A stretch of 32,000 nucleotides of DNA from Thermoproteus tenax Kra 1 (lineage in GTDB: Archaea; Thermoproteota; Thermoprotei; Thermoproteales; Thermoproteaceae): contig NC_016070.1 in assembly GCF_000253055.1 (NCBI RefSeq), positions 330,001-362,000 of the forward strand, given 5' to 3'. Position 1 is the first letter of the stretch. The number at the start of each line of letters is the position of its first letter. Under the pieces are notes generated by a model. It was not told where the DNA came from. It did not search any database and saw only the letters and a program-made list of their open reading frames with translations. A program made the position numbers and the translations under genes. Below, in pieces: positions 9,408 to 16,740 of this stretch.

Positions 9408-11096
9408 ATGGCAGGCGCCAACAGAAGGGAGGCCCTCAGGCTCCTGGGGGCCGCGGGTCTAGGCGCTCTGGCGGGCGCCCTCGCGGCGGACCTTCTGGCA
9501 AAGCCCGCGCCCGCTGCCACTACAACGGGCGCTCCACCGCCGGCGCCGCCCTACTCAGTCCTCGTCCAGACGCCCACGGGGCCCAACGGCGAGCCTAGGC
9601 CGATGGTGGTGTCGGCAGATGGGGAGGTCATAGTGGACAGCAACGGCAGAATAGTGAGCGACCTCGGAGTGTATCCGGCCCAGGGGATAAACGAGCTGGG
9701 CGGCACCACTGAGACGGCGGGCATACAAGAGGCGGTGGCCTACGTGTTGAACACCGGCGGCGGGAGGATCTTCATCAGGAGGGGGGACTATTACCCGAGC
9801 AAGGTGATCCACGTGGGCGTACTCGCGAGGCAGGCGCAGGTCATAATAGAGGGTGAGGGCGCGGCCACGAGGATCCATCTGTACAACAACCGGGGCAAGG
9901 GGCAGGCCTGGGCCTTCACCGTGGGGACCCCCGGGAACTCGCCGGCGGCCGACCAAGCGCCTCCGCCGGTCTTCAGAGGCTTGGCCTTCGTGAACGACCT
10001 AAACGAGGGTCCCCCCGTGGGCCCCATAGTGACCGGAGGATACTACTCGGGGGGAGGGGCGGTGGGCAACGGCGTGATACTGGAGGATATAACTGTGGTG
10101 GATCCGCCGGCGCTGGCCAACAACCCGTCCAAGGCGCCCTCGCCCATAGGCTGGATCTGGTTCAACAACTCCTACGGAGTGAGAGTGAGGGGGTTCACAT
10201 ATCTGGGGGCGAACCCGAACAACGCCGGCACCACAGTAATATTGAGCGACGGCGTCACCTTCACAGAGATAAGCGATTCGTACTTCATCAATACTGCGCG
10301 CGGGGGCAAAATAACGGCCATAGCCTCCGGCACAGGCACTCTCCAGATATCCAACGTGCAGATACTCGGCTTCGATGTGGGCATAAACTACGGCAACACC
10401 GACAGCAGAAGCAAGCTCATGGTGGTGAACACAGTGATAGGCACCGAGAGGGGCGGCGTAGAGGCGTTCGGAGCCCAGCTCTACACCAGCGTCCCGCTGT
10501 ACGTGGACTACGGCTTTGTGGACGCCATGATATGCTGCAGCAGACTGGGCGGAGTCCTGAGGCTGTTGGACTCAGTGGGGAGGATCACCATCAGCAACTC
10601 CGAGGTGCACCCGCTGACTGTGGAGGCTGTGACTCGCGGGAGCCCCCAGTCCGACCTCCTTCTGACTATCGAGGGGAGCAGAGTGAGGGGCCAGGGCAGC
10701 GGCCCGCTCCTGCACGTGTTGCCCGGGGGATCCTCGGTGAGGGTGAGGCTCATCGGCAACTATATGGCCAAATCGGCCGGCGAAGGGCAGTGGAGCTTGA
10801 TAGACATCCCCGACCTGGAGCTCTTCGAGGCGAGAGGGAACTACATCGAGCTCGGGCAGGGCTTCGACGTCGTGCTCTCCTTCAGCGAGAGCCCCGCAAG
10901 CGGCTTCTACGAGTTCAGCGACAACGTGGTAGCCCCCTCGGCGCAGCCCGCCTATCTGTTGAACGGCGGTGTGTCGATCTCGGCCCCCTTCATCGTAAGG
11001 AACAACAAATTCCTGTCGCCCACCTCGCTGGCCAAGTCGCCCCTCACCGGGGCATCGGGCCTGGCGCTGTCGGACAATCTGAATCTGTCCCAGTAG
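9408..11096 (+). CDS. Tat-exported right-handed beta-helix (pectate-lyase-fold) protein
   Basis: The ORF is 562 aa. It has a twin-arginine signal MAGANRREALRLLGAAGLGALAGAL and a Pro/Thr/Ala linker. GIQEAVAYVLNTGGGRIFIRRGDYY and repeated Gly/Asn/Val-rich segments are typical of parallel beta-helix proteins. Confidence 0.65.
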   Translation: MAGANRREALRLLGAAGLGALAGALAADLLAKPAPAATTTGAPPPAPPYSVLVQTPTGPNGEPRPMVVSADGEVIVDSNGRIVSDLGVYPAQGINELGGTTETAGIQEAVAYVLNTGGGRIFIRRGDYYPSKVIHVGVLARQAQVIIEGEGAATRIHLYNNRGKGQAWAFTVGTPGNSPAADQAPPPVFRGLAFVNDLNEGPPVGPIVTGGYYSGGGAVGNGVILEDITVVDPPALANNPSKAPSPIGWIWFNNSYGVRVRGFTYLGANPNNAGTTVILSDGVTFTEISDSYFINTARGGKITAIASGTGTLQISNVQILGFDVGINYGNTDSRSKLMVVNTVIGTERGGVEAFGAQLYTSVPLYVDYGFVDAMICCSRLGGVLRLLDSVGRITISNSEVHPLTVEAVTRGSPQSDLLLTIEGSRVRGQGSGPLLHVLPGGSSVRVRLIGNYMAKSAGEGQWSLIDIPDLELFEARGNYIELGQGFDVVLSFSESPASGFYEFSDNVVAPSAQPAYLLNGGVSISAPFIVRNNKFLSPTSLAKSPLTGASGLALSDNLNLSQ

Positions 11097-11257
11097 CCGG
11101 CAATTCCTAAGTCGCAGCCCTTTTAGGCCCCTCAGCCCGTTGACGAAGGTCGCCGCGGCCGCGGCCGGCGCGGGGGGAGACCGTTGCAAAACGCCGGCTG
11201 ACGGCCGGTTAGGGTTCGTACGTCTTAAGGCTTTTATGGTGGAGGTTTTGTCTTAGT

Positions 11258-11761
11258 GTGGCTGTAGTGTTGCCTGAGAGGCTGGTTAGGGAGGCGGAGC
11301 GGAGGGGTATCGACGTGGGGGAGGTGGCGTTGGAGGCCCTGGCCAGGGCTCTGGAGCTGGATCCAGCCGATGTAGCCGCCGCGCGTGTGGAGCTGGCGGA
11401 GAGGTTTCTCGCTGAGGCGGAGCAGTACGTCGAGAGGGGGGACGCGGTGCAGGCCAGCGAGAAGCTCCATAGAGCTGTGGAGGAGTGCGTCAAGGCGTTG
11501 GCGGAGGAGCTGGGGGTCGAGGCGCTTGGGGAGGTCAGGCGGAGGGGGCGGTGGGATACTTGGCTTCTGGGGCGGGCGGCGAGGGAGGCTGCTGAGAGGC
11601 TGGGGGAGGACAGAGTTAGGCTGGCGTGGAAAGACGCCTACGATATACACGTGTGGGGCTTCCACGAGGCTAAATACGACGTTAGGGACGTGAAGGCGGC
11701 TCTGCCCCTGGCCAGGTGGCTCGTCGAGTTTGTGAAGAGCCGCGTGGCCGGCCGCACCTAA
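11258..11761 (+). CDS. PaREP1-family protein (all-helical, HEPN-clan-like)
   Basis: The ORF is 167 aa. AEQYVERGDAVQASEKLHRAVEECVKALAEELG and DIHVWGFHEAKY resemble the Pyrobaculum PaREP1 family as I recall it. The GTG start lies about 26 nt after the TATA-like CTTAAGGCTTTTA. Confidence 0.6.
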   Translation: MAVVLPERLVREAERRGIDVGEVALEALARALELDPADVAAARVELAERFLAEAEQYVERGDAVQASEKLHRAVEECVKALAEELGVEALGEVRRRGRWDTWLLGRAAREAAERLGEDRVRLAWKDAYDIHVWGFHEAKYDVRDVKAALPLARWLVEFVKSRVAGRT

Positions 11762-12441
11762 CCTGCGGGGGCTCCCCCGGCGTATGTTCGCGGAGCTGTG
11801 GAGCCCCTAAAAATGCGATGAAGGTTCGGCCTTAACGGTGTTGACACGGGAGGCATCGGCGTGTTTAAAAATGGTGGAGGGGAAGGGACTAGCATCTGGG
11901 GGCCCGGACTTGAGGAGGTGGGCCGAGGCCGGGTTCAGGTGGGTCGCGGATTAGATGTTCCCTATGAGCCCTTTTCTCTGTCGTGGCTTCCTTCTTATGA
12001 AAATCTGAGTGGGAGGGGGCCTAAATATGTGCCTTCGGCGGTGAGGGGCAGTTCTATGGAGGGCTCCGCGCCTGGAGGGGCCGTGCCTTCGTCCCCCATG
12101 TCCGACGAACCTGCGGTGGAGGCAGGCCGCCAGTGGAGGCGCAGAGGAGGGGAAGGCCCTAGGCGTGTGCGGCCAACGACTGTCGGCAATGAGCGCCCGG
12201 GACAAACGGTACACAGTGGTGGGGAGATACCGAGGTCGACGCGGTCACATCGCCCGACTTCAGAGACTACGAGGTCAAATACAGAGAGGGCCGCCCCCTC
12301 AAGCTGAAAGCAGAGTGAAGGAGGTAGTCACGTTGACCAAGAGAGGCAGAGAGGGAACGGTGGCCCTCCAAAGCTTTCTCGCAGGTCTCTAGACGGCGTC
12401 CTTGCGCGCCGCTTAAGGTATTTATAAAGACGGTTCAGTAA

Positions 12442-12654
12442 GTGTACGTGGAGGAGGCTTGGAGGGCCCTCAAGGCGGCATATGAGGAGCTCGAGCGGTT
12501 TGGGAAGACGGGCGACCCCCTCGTGGAGGCCGCCCTCGCCAACTACTGGGGCCACGTATTGAGGCAGATGGCCTACGGGCTCATCCCCTACGGCTGCCCC
12601 GCCGACAAGATTCCTCCTATACACTCGGCGAACTCCTCCTCGGTCTCCTCGTAG
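12442..12654 (+). CDS. Hypothetical 68-70-aa protein
   Basis: GTG 12442 or 12448 lies 18-24 nt downstream of a strong TATA box (TATTTATAAA, 12419-12428). The first 45 or so aa look helical (VEEAWRALKAAYEELERFGKTGDPLVEAALANYWGHVLRQMAYG). The last 22 codons overlap the 3' end of the convergent McrC-like gene and are low-complexity. Confidence 0.3.
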   Translation: MYVEEAWRALKAAYEELERFGKTGDPLVEAALANYWGHVLRQMAYGLIPYGCPADKIPPIHSANSSSVSS

Positions 12655-13877
12655 TCTGGGTTTACTCTGCTGAATTTCACCTCCGCCTGCGTCGAATCTA
12701 TATTGGCCGACACCGCGGGGCATCCGCCGGCTTGAGGAGGGAGCTCCAGCGCCGTCAAGATCCCCCTCAGCTTGTGGTCTCTGGCCACGTCCGCCAGATA
12801 CGCCACAAGCCTAATGGCGTCGGCCCTCCTCAGCCTTCCCCCGTTCAGACGGCGGTATTTGGCCTCGACAATGACCAAGTTCCTCCCGCTCTCAACGACA
12901 ATGTCCGGCCTAGGCGGCCTCCCCGCTATCCTCTTTATCAGCTTGGACTTGGGCGCTCTATTGAAGTACACTCTGCCGTCGCCCCCCACCTCCACGGCGA
13001 TCCCCTCCCTCATCGCTTTCGCGGCCAACCCGTCCCTCTTGAGCGCCCAGATGGTGAGGGCTAGGACGTAGGTCTCATAGAGCTTTGTGCTCGGGATCAG
13101 GAAGAACTCGGACCCGGCCCTCCTGGCTGTGGCGGGGAGATAGAAGTAGTCGCCCGGATCGAGGTCCTCCGCCCAGAGGTGCGGGACCTCCTCTTCGGCG
13201 TCCTTCTGGAGCACTCTTAGGGCCGACTCCAGCGATGAGAGGTAGAGCTCGAACGCTCTTCCAACTCCCTCGGGGAGACCCGACGCATACCTCCGCGCCC
13301 TCTGGAGGAACTGGCTCAAGGTACTCAACGTCAGAAGGATCGAGCTGGCCAGCCAGACGTTGGGCACTACGACGTTTTTGACGAGGAGCTCTCTGCCCCC
13401 TCTGACGACGAGTTTCCCCGAGCCGGCCTCTACGGCGGCCCGGAAGTATTTGGGCTCCCGCTGGAGCAAGGCTCTGGCCTCCCAGAGGATCCTTGTTACG
13501 CGGACAACGTTGGGCACGTTTGTGGCGACGAGGCTCCTCGAGAGCAAATACAGAGGATAGACGTCGCGCAGAATCTCGTCGGCTCTCTCGATCATTCTGT
13601 AGTAGCGGCTCACCCTAGGCTTTATCACCAGCTCGATGCCGCCCGAGTATCTATAGACGCCGACCCAAAAGCCCGAGAGAACTCTGCGTCCAACGACGTC
13701 GGGCCTCGGAGTGTCCAAGGCTATTCCGCCCACCGGCCCCCTTCTGAAGTAGCCGAGGGTCGCCCGCATATCGAGCAACGCCCTCTTCAGCTCCTCGGCC
13801 GATACGCCGGAGTCGCACCCCCCGAGCGCCTCGTCCACCTCAAGCGCCTCGCCCTCGGTCAGAACGCACCGGCGCAT
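12588..13877 (-). CDS. McrC-like PD-(D/E)xK nuclease subunit
   Basis: The ORF is 429 aa. The N-terminal FWVGVYRYSGGIELVIKPRV resembles the McrC N-domain. The C-terminal PRPDIVVESGRNLVIVEAKYRRL fits PD...(D/E)xK. The ATG lies 1 nt after the McrB-like stop. Confidence 0.7.
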   Translation of the reverse strand: MRRCVLTEGEALEVDEALGGCDSGVSAEELKRALLDMRATLGYFRRGPVGGIALDTPRPDVVGRRVLSGFWVGVYRYSGGIELVIKPRVSRYYRMIERADEILRDVYPLYLLSRSLVATNVPNVVRVTRILWEARALLQREPKYFRAAVEAGSGKLVVRGGRELLVKNVVVPNVWLASSILLTLSTLSQFLQRARRYASGLPEGVGRAFELYLSSLESALRVLQKDAEEEVPHLWAEDLDPGDYFYLPATARRAGSEFFLIPSTKLYETYVLALTIWALKRDGLAAKAMREGIAVEVGGDGRVYFNRAPKSKLIKRIAGRPPRPDIVVESGRNLVIVEAKYRRLNGGRLRRADAIRLVAYLADVARDHKLRGILTALELPPQAGGCPAVSANIDSTQAEVKFSRVNPDYEETEEEFAECIGGILSAGQP

Positions 13878-13878
13878 T

Positions 13879-15072
13879 TCACTCTGGGAGCTCCTGGAGC
13901 AGCGCGTCTGCGATTCTGTACGAGAGGGAGTCCTCTCCGAATATCCTCTTGACGCCCCCTACAAAGTCGGCGAATTGGGAGCGGGATCTGTCGTTGGACG
14001 AGAGCAACGCCCTAAACCGCAGTTTGGGAACGGCGGCGGAGAACTGGGAGAGGACCAGAGAGGAGTAGGCCAGGTCGACGAAGGCCTCCCTCCTCAAATT
14101 GGGCAGAGTGCGCCTCAAGCCTGCGTACGCCGCCAGGAGCCGGGCCAGATCGGTTAAGACGGAGGGGCCGAGCTCGAGGCCCAGGTCCTTGGCCACGTCC
14201 AGCGTCCAGGCGAGCAGCCCGCCGAGGCCCAGCTCCGACCACAGCCCCCTCACCTCCTCTTTGACCCTCGCGCGGTCGCTGAAGTCCAGTCTGACTAACG
14301 TGGCTATGTCGCCCTCCACGGCGTCGCTGGGGGTCAGCTCCTCCACCGCGCGGTCGACGAAGCCGTCCAGAGCTCTCTCGAGCGGCCCGGCCGCCGCTCT
14401 GGGCACGGCCCCCTCCTCGAGGCGCGGCTCGTATCTCTCGTAGAAGGGCGGGACGTAGAGGTAGGCGAACCTCCTGAGGAGGGCGAAGCTCAGCCTAAAG
14501 AGCTGCGCTCTGTCGACGACGTTCATAGTGGCGAAGAGGCGGAAGGAGTAGGGCAGCGGCAGGCCGCCCAGACGAGCCGCCAACTCCTTCAGTTCGCGGA
14601 CGGCGGCTCCTGCGCACTCCTCCACTGCCGCGTCGTCGAGCTCGTGGGCCTTGAGCGCGGGCACTCTGTATCTATACGCCAGGTCTAGCGCAGTGAAGAG
14701 GTCTCCGAAGATCAGGTCTACGTTGGCTCTGTTGAGCTCGTCGAATACCACGTGGCAGGGGCCAGACCCCCTCAACAGAGAGGCCCAGGAGCGGAGCACG
14801 GCGCAGCCGAACGGGCCGTAGGCCCTCCTGAGGCCTCCGCCGGCTCTCTCGTATTTTGCCACAAGATCCTCGTGGGAGAGGCCGTCCCTGCCCACGACGA
14901 GCGCCGGCGCGCAGGCGGTCATGAACTCGGCCGACTCAAGCGCGAGCTTGGTTTTGCCGACTCCGGGCGCCCCCACGAACAAGACGTTTTTTCCAGAGGC
15001 CAACAGAGGCACGACGAACATCCTCAGCTCTTCGATGGCCACAGAGATTGACGGCCACCCGTATATTAGCAT
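13879..15072 (-). CDS. McrB-like AAA+ (GTPase-type) motor subunit
   Basis: The ORF is 397 aa with Walker A GAPGVGKT. VVFDELNRANVDLIFGDLFTALD and LFATMNVVDRAQLFRLSFALLRRF match the E. coli McrB DEINRAN... and NTADRS...ALRRRF blocks. The start is uncertain. ATG 15072 has no TATA box. GTG comp. 15042 lies about 23 nt after TATA-like CTAATATAC, and ATG 15021 is also possible. Confidence 0.8.
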   Translation of the reverse strand: MLIYGWPSISVAIEELRMFVVPLLASGKNVLFVGAPGVGKTKLALESAEFMTACAPALVVGRDGLSHEDLVAKYERAGGGLRRAYGPFGCAVLRSWASLLRGSGPCHVVFDELNRANVDLIFGDLFTALDLAYRYRVPALKAHELDDAAVEECAGAAVRELKELAARLGGLPLPYSFRLFATMNVVDRAQLFRLSFALLRRFAYLYVPPFYERYEPRLEEGAVPRAAAGPLERALDGFVDRAVEELTPSDAVEGDIATLVRLDFSDRARVKEEVRGLWSELGLGGLLAWTLDVAKDLGLELGPSVLTDLARLLAAYAGLRRTLPNLRREAFVDLAYSSLVLSQFSAAVPKLRFRALLSSNDRSRSQFADFVGGVKRIFGEDSLSYRIADALLQELPE

Positions 15073-15346
15073 AGACGCAGAGGGGCACGCCGTCGTTTGG
15101 ATGGGGCACGCGGCTGAACCGGCGCGGCCCGCTGGGGCTCAGGTCTGCGGCCTCTGGCGACGCCCAGGAGAGGCGCACATCAGTCCGCCGTCCCGGGTGG
15201 ACGCAAATGCAATGTAGCCGCCTCCACGGCAGAGGATAACGGCTACAACGCTGGACGAGGGCTGTCTCTACGTTCAATTATTATGACATGCGTTGCGCTG
15301 TTTTTAGCGACCCTACTAAGGAACGCAGGTGTAGCCGTATGTGCCG

Positions 15347-15852
15347 TTTACTATCTTTCGATTTCCATCCCTGAGGAGCAGAGGAGAGGATCAAGACGAG
15401 AATTAGAACGTTTCTACTATCTTTTGATTTCCACACGCGCTCTACGCCGTCCACGCGAGGCTATATAGCATCGCGATATTTCTACTATCTTTTGATTTCC
15501 ACTCAATGGCGATACAGCGTGGGGGCCTGTAGTGCCATGGCTCACATTTCTACTATCTTTTGATTTCCACCGAAGAGGTCTCTGGAGCGGCTGGGGAGCT
15601 AAAATATCCCCTCCCGTACTTTCTACTATCTTTTGATTTCCACCCCCGCTTTTTCTTCCGACCACGTAACTGTGGAAGTCAAACGTGATCTTTCTACTAT
15701 CTTTTGATTTCCACGCACCTACCTCTCTCTGTGTGTGGCCAGTCCATCGGAGATAACCTTTCTACTATCTTTTGATTTCCACAGCTAGGCTACATTTCTA
15801 AGACTGGCGGTGCTCACTTTGTGGAAGCTTTCTACTATCTTTTGATTTCCAC
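15347..15852 (-). CRISPR. CRISPR array, 7 perfect repeats plus 1 degenerate terminal repeat, 7 spacers
   Basis: TTTCTACTATCTTTTGATTTCCAC (+ strand) starts at 15411, 15479, 15547, 15620, 15691, 15759 and 15829. A degenerate copy, TTTACTATCTTTCGATTTCCAT, sits at 15347-15368. The spacers are 42-49 nt and all different. I infer the minus strand for three reasons. The repeat then reads GTGGAAATCAAAAGATAGTAGAAA(G), ending in a GAAAG-type handle. The decayed repeat sits at the low-coordinate (trailer) end. A TATA-like box lies just beyond the high-coordinate repeat. Confidence 0.95.
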
Positions 15853-15895
15853 CGCCCACGTTGACTGCGGCCTCGGGTATTTAAATTTTGCCCAG
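15853..15895 (-). promoter_or_regulatory. Probable CRISPR leader promoter
   Basis: TATTTAAATTTT at 15878-15889 lies about 25-30 nt from the first repeat (15852) when read on the minus strand. Confidence 0.45.
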
Positions 15896-16121
15896 ATCCT
15901 CCGCCCGCCCGGCGGCCGCTTTTCCGCTGCCCTTTACATTCACACATTCTCCTGTCCGGGCTACGGCGTGCGCCGTTCTTCGCCTTTACGATCGCGACAA
16001 TGCCTTAGAGACGGCGGCTACCCAGCGCCGTTCTTCGCATTTGGCCATCTAGCCCCTTGTCTGGAGTATATTACATCCTTTACCGACATATATTGGAATG
16101 TTTTAATGCTCGTGGGATATC

Positions 16122-16409
16122 GTGGGCGTGTACTTCGGCCGTGTGAAGGTAGGCCCCTTGGCGGGATACCTCTGGCTTTTGGGCAGGCGGCTCTACCTCA
16201 AGCTGGGCTGGCGCCCGCGTGATACGGTATACCTGGGCTCTGTGGACGACCTCCTGGGGGTTGCGGTGAGGGTTAGGAGGCTTCTGCCGAGGCCTCTGCC
16301 CGTTAGGCAGCTCGTGGCTGCGCTGGCGGACGCCCTCAAAAAGGCCTACTACGTCGCCAGCCGCTGCCGCGCTGGAGGGTGCGCGCCTGGGAGGCGGCGA
16401 TGGCCATAG
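16122..16409 (+). CDS. Hypothetical 95-aa basic protein
   Basis: GTG 16122 is preceded by TATA-like boxes at about 16087-16095 and 16101-16107. The N-terminal 75 aa look protein-like (VYFGRVKVGPLAGYLWLLGRRLYLKLGWRPRDTVYLGSVDDLL...LVAALADALKKAYYVAS). I recognise no family. Confidence 0.35.
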   Translation: MGVYFGRVKVGPLAGYLWLLGRRLYLKLGWRPRDTVYLGSVDDLLGVAVRVRRLLPRPLPVRQLVAALADALKKAYYVASRCRAGGCAPGRRRWP

Positions 16410-16740
16410 AATACGCCGCCTCTGCATTGGCAGTGTACTGGCCAAGCGCCGCCAGAAAGATACTGGACGACGGCTAAACATAGTGGAGGTAATGATGGCG
16501 TCTTTGGGGCCTCGGGGTCATGGATAGGCCTAGATAAACTGTGGTAGCTCTTGGGGACGTTGTGGTAGTACATAGGGATGACGGCGCCCTTGGCAGTTGG
16601 GCGGATCGAATGAGCGATTGCGCGGCGTGTCCTGAGGTCTACAAGCTCCGAATTTCGGAGGAGTAAGCGTCCTCAGCGCCGTACGGAGAGCACAACATCG
16701 AGCTCTGGGTTGATCTGACGCCGTAATTTCAGCTGTTCTG

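Noticed and set aside
11861-12307. A 148-aa ORF after a TTTAAAAA box.
   Set aside because: The sequence is Gly/Arg/Pro/Ser-rich with no secondary-structure periodicity. I treated the region as non-coding or decayed (see the finding for 11762-12418).
15369-15828. Possible self-targeting spacers, or similarity between spacers and the adjacent defence genes.
   Set aside because: I found no match by eye between any of the 7 spacers and the rest of the window. This cannot be excluded without a computed search against the genome and viral databases.
15821-16222. A 133-aa + strand ORF starting inside the last CRISPR spacer/repeat, plus the antisense ORF 16080..16481.
   Set aside because: It begins within the array and runs through the leader. 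Its composition is not protein-like. The shorter 16122..16409 frame with its own TATA boxes is the only plausible CDS here.
16632-16676. A nested hairpin: CTGAGG...CCTCAG enclosing CTCCG-AATTT-CGGAG, downstream of the stand-alone ATPase.
   Set aside because: The stems are only 5-6 bp and there is no adjacent T-tract. By eye this is too weak to call a terminator or ncRNA.
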